Part shown: positions 1 through 8,109 of the stretch, piece by piece
Layout of the letters: every line of letters begins with the position of its first letter
Numbering within the stretch: position 1 is the stretch's first letter
NCBI GenBank assembly: GCA_050695215.1
Contig: JBOGSD010000013.1
Location: 1 to 59,460 of the forward strand
Source of the DNA: a bacterium
GTDB taxonomy: Bacteria; Sysuimicrobiota; Sysuimicrobiia; Sysuimicrobiales; Humicultoraceae
Direction: 5' to 3'
Length of the DNA: 59,460 nt
Translations under genes and position numbers: made by a program
The notes under the pieces: model-generated
The model's input: the letters and a program-made list of their open reading frames with translations, nothing else
Databases searched by the model: none
Told to the model about the DNA's origin: nothing

Positions 1-688
1 CGTGGCGCTCGATGTGTGCGCCCGGCACAACGCGCGCCACGATCCGCCCATGGTCGACGATCGCGACCCGATCGGCCAGCAACTCCGCCTCCTCGATGTA
101 GTGCGTGGTCATCACGATGGTCTTGCCCTCCTTGCGGTTGAGGTGCCGGAGCAGGTCCCATAGGCTGTGGCGCATCTGGGGGTCGAGCCCGGTGGTCGGC
201 TCGTCGAGGAACAGCACGTCTGGGTCGTTCACCAGGGCGGCCGCCACTGAGAAGCGGCGCTGCTGGCCGCCCGAGAGCTGGCGCACGTACGCCTTGCGCT
301 GTTCGAATAGGCCGAGCGTGGCGAGAAGCTCGGTCGGCGAGCGGCGCTTGGCGTAGAACGATCCGAATAGGTCGAGCAGCTCCTGGAGCGTCAGCAGGCT
401 GAAGTACGAGGTGGCCTGGAGCTGCACGCCGATCATCCGCTTGACCCGGTCCAGCTCGCGTCGAGGGTCGACGCCGAGCACGCGCACCTCGCCTGACGTC
501 GGCTGGCGGATGCCCTCGATGATCTCGAGCGTGGTGGTTTTGCCCGCGCCGTTTGGCCCGAGGACCCCGAAGAACTCGCCCGCCCCCACTGCGAACGAAA
601 CGCCGTCGACCGCCCGCAGCGAGCCCCCGCCGGGTCGGGGGTAGGCCTTGACGAGGTCGCGGACCTCGACGGCCAAGTGTTCAGCCAT
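1..688 (-). CDS. ABC transporter ATP-binding protein (3' end outside window)
   Basis: Absent from the ORF track because it runs off the edge. The minus frame from ATG 686-688 reads MAEHLAVEVRDL...GPNGAGKTT (Walker A)...LSGGQQRR (signature)...VLFLDEPTTGLD (Walker B)...TTHY, with no stop. Confidence 0.9.
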   Translation of the reverse strand, partial: MAEHLAVEVRDLVKAYPRPGGGSLRAVDGVSFAVGAGEFFGVLGPNGAGKTTTLEIIEGIRQPTSGEVRVLGVDPRRELDRVKRMIGVQLQATSYFSLLTLQELLDLFGSFYAKRRSPTELLATLGLFEQRKAYVRQLSGGQQRRFSVAAALVNDPDVLFLDEPTTGLDPQMRHSLWDLLRHLNRKEGKTIVMTTHYIEEAELLADRVAIVDHGRIVARVVPGAHIERH

Positions 689-747
689 GGCATCGAACCC
701 TCCACGCATTTGTCTTCTGAACCTCGGAGACGCTTGAGCCGATTGGG

Positions 748-794
748 CTTACGCTGTAAGGCTCACGTTGTCAGGCTAGCCCTTACGGTGTAAA
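748..794. promoter_or_regulatory. Candidate TetR operator pair in the divergent ABC/TetR intergenic region
   Basis: Two similar small palindromes: CTTAC-GCT-GTAAG (748-760) and CTTAC-GGT-GTAAa (782-794). Confidence 0.3.
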
Positions 795-834
795 CTGTCA
801 AGGGGGGTTGGCAATTAGAGAGGAGCGAGGCCAG

Positions 835-1590
835 GTGACAGCTCAAGGAAGAGCCGGGCGCCACGGAGCGCCGAAAACAGTGCTAGCCCGAGAGAGAAGG
901 CCACGCGCAGCGCTGACCCGAGCCAGGCTCGTGGCTGCGGCATTGAAATTCATCGACCGAGAGGGCCTGGACGCCCTGAGCATGCGCCGCCTGGGCACCG
1001 AGCTGGGGATCGAGGCGATGTCGCTCTATCACCATGTGCCGAGCAAGGACACGCTCCTAGACGGCGTGGGCGAGCGCCTGTGGGCTGACATCCCCAAGCC
1101 TTCCGGTGACTCTCACTGGAGCGCTCAGTTGCGGAACTTCGCCCGGTCTCTCCGCGGGCTCTTCCATACGCACCCTCACGCCGCTTTGCTGCTGTATCGC
1201 CGCAATCTCCTATCACGGTCAGCCCTCGCCGTCACCCATGTATACCTCGGTGTCCTGCGCGGGGCAGGATTTGACGATGGGTTAGCTGCCGAGATTCTAA
1301 GAGCTGTAATGTCCTATAGTCTTGGATACGGACTCGCCGAGCTCACCTGCCTCGGGGTGCCGGGGATTCAAGAGAGGCGTAGGGCGCGGTCCCAGCGCGA
1401 GCGTCTCGCATGCCTTGCGCAAGCCTTGCCGCTTGACACTCCGCCCGACCTCGCGGAGACTGCCGTCGCCGTGCTGGCTGACTGCGATCCAGACGCGTGC
1501 TTCGAATCCGGTCTCAATTTCATGCTTCAGGGCGTGCGGCGGCCCCGGCACGGAGGGAGACGAACTCCACTTGGAGGGATCGCGAAATGA
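835..1590 (+). CDS. TetR/AcrR family transcriptional regulator
   Basis: ORF 808..1590. HTH region LVAAALKFIDREGLDALSMRRLGTELGIEAMSLYHHVPSKDTLL. GTG 835 is preferred as start because it follows GAGAGGAGCGAGG. Confidence 0.85.
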   Translation: MTAQGRAGRHGAPKTVLARERRPRAALTRARLVAAALKFIDREGLDALSMRRLGTELGIEAMSLYHHVPSKDTLLDGVGERLWADIPKPSGDSHWSAQLRNFARSLRGLFHTHPHAALLLYRRNLLSRSALAVTHVYLGVLRGAGFDDGLAAEILRAVMSYSLGYGLAELTCLGVPGIQERRRARSQRERLACLAQALPLDTPPDLAETAVAVLADCDPDACFESGLNFMLQGVRRPRHGGRRTPLGGIAK

Positions 1591-1600
1591 CCACACGCAG

Positions 1601-1741
1601 ATCCGACGCGTATCGGTCGCCTCGCGCGGCGTACCGGTCTGTCTGTCAAAGCACTTTGTTCTGATGACTGACCGGGGCTTCTGTTTCGCGCCGGCCGCGA
1701 TGCTCCTGGTGCACCTGCGCATGACCGGGGACCTGGAGATC
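1601..1741 (+). pseudogene. Fpg/Nei-like internal fragment
   Basis: The plus frame reads IRRVSVASRG..KHFVLMTDRG..AMLLVHLRMTGDLEI. This resembles the GK(Y/H)LLL...HLRMTG segment of Fpg/Nei. It has no start and no continuation. Confidence 0.3.
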
Positions 1742-1744
1742 ACC

Positions 1745-1975
1745 TCAGCCAGAGAGTGGATCGATCCCCAGGCCGCCTTCCAGGGTGATCAGCAGGTACT
1801 TGCCGCGCCGGCCGACCGCCACGACCCGTCGTCCGCGCAGGCGGCGCACGAACCGGGCGGGCGACGGTGAGCGGACCGTCCCGGGGTTCAGCACCCGGGC
1901 CCTCCGGATCCGCCGCCCCACCAGGCTCCGGCGCAGGCGGCGCGCCAGCGTCTCGACGTCAGGGAGTTCTGGCAC
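1745..1975 (-). pseudogene. Formamidopyrimidine-DNA glycosylase (Fpg/MutM) N-terminal fragment, 76 codons
   Basis: From GTG 1973-1975: (M)PELPDVETLARRLRRSLVGRRI...GRRGKYLLITLEGG, then a stop. The PELPEVE catalytic N-terminus is present, but the H2TH and zinc-finger parts are absent. Confidence 0.6.
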
Positions 1976-2741
1976 TGTAGACGGCCACGATCCCCCCCGC
2001 CAGGTTGCGGTAGGTGACGTTGGTGAATCCGCGGTCTTCCAGCAGTCGCACAACGCCGCGCTGATCCAGCCAGTGACGAACGGAAACCGGCAGGTAGGTA
2101 TAGGCGTCGGGGTGGCCGGAGACGAGGCGGCCCAGCGCCGCCAGCCCGGTGAAGGAGTAGAGGTCGTACAGGACCCGGACCACCGGGTTGGCCACGCGGG
2201 CGAACTCCAGCAGGGCCAGACGGCAGCCCGGGCGCAGCACCCGCCGGATCTCGGCGACGGCCTGCCCCGGGTCGGCGACGTTCCGCAGCCCGAAGCCCAC
2301 CGCGGCGGCGTCGAAGGTGGAGGCGGAAAAAGGCAGCGCCAGCGCATCAGCGACGAGAAACGCCACGCGGCCCCCGATGGTCCGCCGCCGCGCCTGAGCG
2401 ATCATCGGCTCGGCGAAGTCCACCCCGGCGACCCGGCCGCCCGGGGCGACGGCCCCCACCATGAGATAGGCCAGGTCCCCGGTGCCGCAGCAAAGGTCGA
2501 GCGCCCGTTCCCCCGGCCGCAATCCGAGGGCGCCCACGGTCTCGCGCTTCCAGACCCGGTGCAGACCCGCGCTGATGACGGTATTGGTGAGGTCGTACCG
2601 CGGCGCGACGGCGCTAAACATCCGCCGGACGTACCCCGCCCGTTCCTCCAGCGAGAGGTCGCGCCGGCCCGCCCGGATGCCCTCGGATGCCGGACGCCCT
2701 CGCCGCCTGGGGATGCCCGGTGACATGTTCTTTCGCCTCAT
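1959..2741 (-). CDS. ubiE: Demethylmenaquinone/ubiquinone methyltransferase (UbiE/MenG family)
   Basis: ORF 260 aa: FSAVAPRYDLTNTVISAGLHRVWKR...LDLCCGTGDL...FGLRNV. SAM-binding motif present. Confidence 0.85.
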   Translation of the reverse strand: MRRKNMSPGIPRRRGRPASEGIRAGRRDLSLEERAGYVRRMFSAVAPRYDLTNTVISAGLHRVWKRETVGALGLRPGERALDLCCGTGDLAYLMVGAVAPGGRVAGVDFAEPMIAQARRRTIGGRVAFLVADALALPFSASTFDAAAVGFGLRNVADPGQAVAEIRRVLRPGCRLALLEFARVANPVVRVLYDLYSFTGLAALGRLVSGHPDAYTYLPVSVRHWLDQRGVVRLLEDRGFTNVTYRNLAGGIVAVYSARTP

Positions 2742-2870
2742 CAGAGCTGTACGGGCTACCGGGTAGGCTTGTCGCTGAGTATGTCTAATACCTTCCTACG
2801 TTTGACGAGGAGTTGCCCTGTGCAGAACCGCCCTTCCTGGAATCGCATTCGTCTTTGCGTTCAAGGAGGC

Positions 2871-3857
2871 ATGACCATCGCCCTCGCAGGAGCGGTGCTC
2901 ATCAGTCCGCCGCGTCTCGGGGCCGGGGAAATGATACGGGGCCGCGTCATCAATGGCACCCTCAACAACAGCCCGGTCGCCGGGCAGACGGTACAGCTCT
3001 TGCGGATGAGCGAGGACAGTGCAACCCCGCTCGCTTCAACGAAGACGGACCATCGCGGGAGATTCGTATTCAACGTTCCGGGCACGGAGAGCGTGTCCCT
3101 GGTGGTCGCCCGGTACCGCGGAATCCAGTACGCCAGCAAGACATTGCAACCGACGTCCAATACCGGAGCCTCCGAGGACATAAGCGTTTACGAGCCGACG
3201 ACCGACAGACCCGAGATCTCCTATAGCTATCGCATCGTTCTGATAGACCGGTTGGGCATCGGTGTCATTTCGGTGAGGGAGGTGGTGGGCGTCGTTAACC
3301 CTTCGTTACGCACATACATCGGACGCGAGGACGTTCCTGGCCGGAGAGTAGCATTGAGCGTCGATCTGCCGCGGGGAGCAGAGGGCGTGACCGTGCTCGC
3401 TGGCATCCCGGCGCCGATCGTCGAGCCGGGGCGTCTTTTGGATGCATCGCCGCTGGTGCCCGGCGTGCGCGACGTCGCATTCAAGTACCAGGTCCGGTAC
3501 TGGGGAAGCAAGGCTGCGCTTCGCTGGTCACTCGCCGAGAGCACAGGAAGTATGGATGTCTTCGCCCCCGATCTCGGAGAGCGGCTCCGCAGCGCGACCT
3601 TGGAAACGAAGCCGTCGGGCGCGGTGCGGGGGCAGCGGTTCCTGCGACTGGCTCAGGACAATCTTGCCGAGGGAGATGAGATTGAGGTCGAGTTGACGGG
3701 GCTGCCCGGGAATTATGCGCCTGTCGCCCGCTGGCTGGCCGGTCTGTTGGCCTTGATGCTGGCGGCGGTGCTGGTGGTGTCCGTGCGGGGATCGAAGGCG
3801 CGCGGCAATCAGCTCCCAGGCGATCGGCTGACGATCCGCACTATCTCCAAAATTTGA
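2871..3857 (+). CDS. Membrane-anchored exported protein with N-terminal carboxypeptidase-regulatory-like domain, paralog 1
   Basis: ORF 2769..3857. ATG 2871 follows AAGGAGG. IRGRVINGTL..GQTVQLL...TDHRGRFVF matches a CarboxypepD_reg-like fold. C-terminal TM helix. Clear paralog of 11143..12108. Confidence 0.6.
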   Translation: MTIALAGAVLISPPRLGAGEMIRGRVINGTLNNSPVAGQTVQLLRMSEDSATPLASTKTDHRGRFVFNVPGTESVSLVVARYRGIQYASKTLQPTSNTGASEDISVYEPTTDRPEISYSYRIVLIDRLGIGVISVREVVGVVNPSLRTYIGREDVPGRRVALSVDLPRGAEGVTVLAGIPAPIVEPGRLLDASPLVPGVRDVAFKYQVRYWGSKAALRWSLAESTGSMDVFAPDLGERLRSATLETKPSGAVRGQRFLRLAQDNLAEGDEIEVELTGLPGNYAPVARWLAGLLALMLAAVLVVSVRGSKARGNQLPGDRLTIRTISKI

Positions 3858-4505
3858 GAGGCATGGTCACCGAACAGGAGATCCACGCGCTGGACCCGGA
3901 TGACGTCCTGCGGATCGACCACGACGAAGCCCATCTGGGCGACACCCCGCATTCCGCCCATGGGTTGCCCCGCCTTTGGGAGCATGTCGTATTGTCTGGC
4001 CACGGACAGACCGCCATCGAGGAGCACCGGAAAGGTGACCCCTGTGATCTGCAGGAGCCTGCGTGACTCGTCGGGCGTGTCTTCTGTTGATCACGTAGAC
4101 GTCCGCGCTTTGCCTGAGGGATTCTGCCGACCGCTGCAGCTTCACGAGCTGCTCAAGGCAGAGCTGTCAGCCGACTCCCATATGGAAAATGAGAACCGTC
4201 GGCCTGCCCCGGCCGGGGGTGACCATATGCGACTGGCCATCGGCTGTGGAGAGGCTGAAAGAGGGCGCCCGCTGCCCCACCAGGGTTTTCACATCCTGGG
4301 AGACGTCGCGCCCCCCTACCGGGCCAGGCAAGCGCGATTCTGATCCTGGCGGTGACTGATCACGGGACAGCAGCCAGACGCCGGCCACAACAATGACCGC
4401 GATCCCGGCCGCGATCCACCACCGCCGCGCGCCGCTGAAGCCGCGCCGTGACCGTTGCTGCCTCTGCCGGAGGCGGGCTTCCGACCGTCGATTCTTCCGG
4501 CTCAT
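3809..4505 (-). pseudogene. Prx/redoxin-like selenoprotein paralog 1 (in-frame TGA 4167-4169; +1 frameshift near 4081-4085)
   Basis: ORFs 4167..4505, 3867..4145 and 3809..4027 join as ...TVLIFHMGVG-TGA-QLCLEQLVKLQRS...VINR(+1 nt)DTPDESRRLLQITGVTFPVLLDGG... by comparison with paralog 2. Confidence 0.6.
4136..4152 (-). promoter_or_regulatory. SECIS-like hairpin 14 nt downstream of TGA 4167-4169
   Basis: mRNA sense GCAGCU-CGUGA-AGCUGC: 6-bp stem with a GU-containing loop. Confidence 0.35.
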
Positions 4506-5047
4506 GGACTCCTCCGATCGGGCGAGGGCTCTGTCTCCCGCCGGGATTCCTCGTACTGCCAGCGCCGGTGCTCATCAGACCAGAGACTCTTGAAGTAGGT
4601 GATGAGGGCGCGGATGTCGGCCTCAGTCAGTTTGTCCTTGAACGGCGGCATCGTCAGATCCGGGGTCTTGTTGAACGGATCACGCCATCCGTTGCTGATG
4701 ATTGCAGCCAGCTCCCGATCGCTGTGCCGCCACGTGTGCCCTGCGTCATCGTGGGGCGGGGGTGGCAGGTTTCCCCGGGCGTCGGGCCGCGTCCAGTTCG
4801 GTGCCCCCTCGGCCCGCGGCCCGTGGCAGCTCGCGCAGTAGCGGACATACAACTCGCGGCCGCGTGCGACCTCGGGCGGTTCGAGAGGAGGCAGGCCGGG
4901 TCCTGCCGTGTCGGCTGCGGGGCGGGCGCAGCCGGCCAGGAAGAGCGCGCAGGCGGCTGCGAAAGCCAGACGCGGCCGCCAGGCTTGCGCGGCAATGCTC
5001 CCCCCGAAAGACGACCCGCGCACATGCGCTACCGCACAGGACGCCAT
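4502..5047 (-). CDS. Monoheme c-type cytochrome, probable lipoprotein, paralog 1
   Basis: CASCH heme motif. LFLAGC lipobox-like sequence. Its stop overlaps the next start (ATGA). Confidence 0.8.
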   Translation of the reverse strand: MASCAVAHVRGSSFGGSIAAQAWRPRLAFAAACALFLAGCARPAADTAGPGLPPLEPPEVARGRELYVRYCASCHGPRAEGAPNWTRPDARGNLPPPPHDDAGHTWRHSDRELAAIISNGWRDPFNKTPDLTMPPFKDKLTEADIRALITYFKSLWSDEHRRWQYEESRRETEPSPDRRSP

Positions 5048-5148
5048 GTGCTCCCGCCGTCGGCGCTGTGAAACAGCCCGCCATCGGCCACCGCGGCTTG
5101 CACCTGGCGCTCGACTTCGTCTACCCGACCGTCCCCCACCAGGCCTGC

Positions 5149-5409
5149 TCTCCCGAGGCCGTCGCCTGCGTGCTGCGCGACTGGGAGGCCCTCCTCGCCT
5201 TCTACGTCGTCCCCGAATGCGACTGGCGGCGCGTCCGCACCACCAACGCCATCGAGCGTGCCTTCCGCGAGGTGCGGCGGCGCACCCGACCGATGACCTG
5301 CTTCACCAACCCAGCGAGCTGTGACCGCATCATCTATGCGGTCATGCACTACCTGAACAGCCAGTGGCAGGGACCTCTCTGGCGGCCCGAAATTACACAG
5401 AACTCTTGA
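5149..5409 (+). mobile_element. IS256-family (mutator-type) transposase C-terminal remnant
   Basis: The tail of ORF 4702..5409 reads WEALLAFYVVPECDWRRVRTTNAIERAFREVRRRTRPMTCFTNPASCDRIIYAV. This resembles the conserved TTNAIE...RRRT C-terminus, but the N-terminal catalytic part is missing. Confidence 0.65.
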
Positions 5410-5536
5410 CGCTACCGGAGCCGCCGCACGCCCAAGGGCAGGGGCGGGCCGACGGTGCGCCGAAGGGACTCTTCCTCTAAATACCCCAACCATTGTGGTG
5501 AGCGCGGTGCGCTAGTGCCCGGTCTGCGCGGACGAC

Positions 5537-6280
5537 ATGATTCCGGAGTTCGGGTCTACGTGTGAGGACCCGATTGCCTGGTCCTGCCGCGCCTGCGGCT
5601 TCATCCAACTGGAGACGGGCGGCCGTTCGCTCAGCAGCGAGCAGATGACCGCGGTGCGGGAACTGACCGCGGCGTATGCGCCACGGCCCGCCCGCGGGGT
5701 TGCAGTAGGAGACACGCGCGGCCCGGGCGCGCGAGGCGCCGCACCCGAAGCGATCCGAGCGGCCCGCGACATCCTGGCGGCCTTCTCCCTGACCCCTCCC
5801 GTAGACGTCGAAGCGGCCGCCCGGCTGCTGGGCTATCCGGTGGAGTGGGTCTCCCGCCCCCGCCGGGAGCGCGGCGGCATCGCCCGGAGGAATCGCGAGG
5901 TAACCCTCCTGGTCAATCGGGAGTACGCCTTCCGCTCCGAAGCGGAGCGACGGTGGGTGCTGGCGGAGGAACTTGGCCACGCGGTGCTCGGGCACCTCGC
6001 GCTCGTCGCGAGCGATGCGCCCGGGGATCCGTCCCCGCTGCGGGAACCGGACCGCCGACGCGCCGAAGACGCCGCGCGCGCGTTCGCGGCCGAGCTGCTG
6101 ATGCCCGCCGCCGAGGTGCGCACCCGCTTCATCAGCCTCCAGCAGGGCACCGACCGTCCTGCCGGCGCGTGGGAGCGGGACAAGACGGTGCGCCGGATGG
6201 TCGCCGATCTGGCCGGGGACTTCGAGGTCTCTCAGGCCGCCATGCGCATCCGGCTGGAAGAGTTAGGGCTACTGCACTGA
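5537..6280 (+). CDS. ImmA/IrrE (DUF955)-like metallopeptidase-family protein
   Basis: RWVLAEELGHAVLGH...ERRAEDAARAFAAELLMP resembles the ImmA/IrrE core. The first His of HEXXH is replaced by Glu (EELGH). Confidence 0.55.
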   Translation: MIPEFGSTCEDPIAWSCRACGFIQLETGGRSLSSEQMTAVRELTAAYAPRPARGVAVGDTRGPGARGAAPEAIRAARDILAAFSLTPPVDVEAAARLLGYPVEWVSRPRRERGGIARRNREVTLLVNREYAFRSEAERRWVLAEELGHAVLGHLALVASDAPGDPSPLREPDRRRAEDAARAFAAELLMPAAEVRTRFISLQQGTDRPAGAWERDKTVRRMVADLAGDFEVSQAAMRIRLEELGLLH

Positions 6281-6311
6281 GCGGGCAGGGGCTAAGGTCG
6301 GCGCGACTGCC

Positions 6312-8081
6312 TCAGGTTGCGCTACGGTGAACCTTCCCATTACGCACACCTCCGTCCTGTTGCCTTCTCCCCCCATCGCTCACAGCGTAGGCGTTGTGTA
6401 TGTACTGTTCGAGCATGCGTTGGGCGTTGAAGAAGGAACCGTTTAGGGCAATTGCCGACCGCATGACCCGCCCATACTCCTCCGGTCGATCGTAGAACAT
6501 GGGAACGATCACATGCTCGAGCTTGTCGAGAAGAGAGGCCACCTCGCTGGAGGGATCGCCTTCCGATTGCGGGCCGTCCCCGATTGACCATCCGGTCACT
6601 CCCTCGATATGCCCCTCGATCCACCAGCCGTCCAGGATGCTCAGGCTGGGGACTCCGTTGAGCGCGGCTTTCATGCCGCTGGTGCCTGAGGCCTCCTGCG
6701 GTTTTTGCGGGGTATTCAGCCAGAGATCGACGCCGGCGCATAACTGACGGGCCAGCGCCAGGTCGTACTCCTCCAGGTAGACTACAGCCAAAGTCTCCCG
6801 CAGCTCGTTGGCGGCCTGGAAAATCCTCCGGATAATGGCCTTCCCACCCTCATCCCGGGGATGTGCCTTCCCTGCAAAGATGACCTGAAGCGGCCCCGCG
6901 CGCCAGACAATCCGCCGCAGCCGGTTAATGTCAGAGAGGAAGAGATCCGCCCGTTTGTATGCGGTGGCGCGACGGGCGAACCCGATGGTCAGCACCTCCG
7001 GGTCGAGGCGTAGGCGCGTCCGCTCCTCCACGGCTTCGAACAACTCCGCTTTGGCCTGCGCATGGGCCTGCTTTATCTCATCCCTGGGAATGCCGGTCGC
7101 ATAGCGCAGGTAGAGGTTGTCCCGGCGCCATTCCGGAAGGTGACGGTCGAAGATCCGCTGGAACGGCGGCGCCGTCCAGGTGGCGGCGTGCACGCCGTTC
7201 GTGATGGAGCTGATCGGATAGCCCGGAAACATCGTTCGCGAGATTTCCCCGTGCCGCATGGCCACACCGTTGATGTACCGCGAGAAGTACAGGGCCAGAT
7301 AGGTCATATTCAGGACACCCTGCGGAAAACACCCATGTGCCTCCAAGAACCCGATCCGGTCCTCGCCGAGCACCTCACGGGCCAGAGCGAGTGGAAATTG
7401 ATCGTGACCGGCCGGCATCGGAGTGTGCGTGGTGAAGACGCATTGACCCCGGACGGCCTCTTTGTCCGCTTCGGTGGCGATAAGAAGCCCTCGCTCCCCG
7501 ATCCGCTCCTCCAGCAGTGCCAGAGCGAGCAGGGCAGCATGACCTTCGTTCATGTGGTAGGAGTCCACGCCCAGCGGCGGGTCGCCCAGGGCACGCAGGA
7601 GTGCCACGCCGCCAAACCCCAAGATGGCCTCCTGCCGGAGACGATAGCGCTCGTCGCCCCCGTAGAGGTGGTCCGTCAGACCCCGATCCTCGGGCACGTT
7701 CTCTGACAGGTCGGTGTCAAGGAAGTAGACGGTCACGTCTCCAGAGAGGCCGCGGAGACGGCAACGCCACGCGCCGACCTGCACGGAGCGCCCTTCAATC
7801 TGCACCGAGACGCGGGCCGCCACGGGGTCCAGGAACTCCTCCGGCGACCATACCACCGGGCTCTCGGACTGGTTCCCATGTTCATCGAGACGCTGGCGGA
7901 AATACCCTTGCCGGTGCAACAACGTGATTCCCACCATGGGGCACCCGAGATCGGCCGCGGCCCGCAGCGTATCGGCGGCCAGCACACCCAGGCCGCCAGC
8001 GTACGTGGGCATGGCAGCGAGGAGGCCAACCTCCATTGAGAAGTAGGCGACCGTTGGATGGTGCTGCGGCGTCCCAGGCAC
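6312..8081 (-). CDS. glgP: Alpha-glucan (glycogen) phosphorylase, GT35 short type
   Basis: 589 aa: [10 protein letters not shown]...[18 protein letters not shown]...[16 protein letters not shown] (PLP-Lys region). Confidence 0.85.
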   Translation of the reverse strand: MPGTPQHHPTVAYFSMEVGLLAAMPTYAGGLGVLAADTLRAAADLGCPMVGITLLHRQGYFRQRLDEHGNQSESPVVWSPEEFLDPVAARVSVQIEGRSVQVGAWRCRLRGLSGDVTVYFLDTDLSENVPEDRGLTDHLYGGDERYRLRQEAILGFGGVALLRALGDPPLGVDSYHMNEGHAALLALALLEERIGERGLLIATEADKEAVRGQCVFTTHTPMPAGHDQFPLALAREVLGEDRIGFLEAHGCFPQGVLNMTYLALYFSRYINGVAMRHGEISRTMFPGYPISSITNGVHAATWTAPPFQRIFDRHLPEWRRDNLYLRYATGIPRDEIKQAHAQAKAELFEAVEERTRLRLDPEVLTIGFARRATAYKRADLFLSDINRLRRIVWRAGPLQVIFAGKAHPRDEGGKAIIRRIFQAANELRETLAVVYLEEYDLALARQLCAGVDLWLNTPQKPQEASGTSGMKAALNGVPSLSILDGWWIEGHIEGVTGWSIGDGPQSEGDPSSEVASLLDKLEHVIVPMFYDRPEEYGRVMRSAIALNGSFFNAQRMLEQYIHNAYAVSDGGRRQQDGGVRNGKVHRSAT

Positions 8082-8109
8082 GGGGCGGTTCTCTCCTGCG
8101 AAAACCGCG

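Noticed and set aside
1495-1520. TTCGAATCC, a tRNA T-loop-like string.
   Set aside because: It lies inside the TetR coding sequence and has no acceptor or anticodon arms around it.
2766-2776. CTAC-CGG-GTAG palindrome upstream of cassette copy 1, a possible ninth operator.
   Set aside because: The half-site spacing is 3 nt rather than 5 nt, and the outer consensus positions do not match. It is not the same motif.
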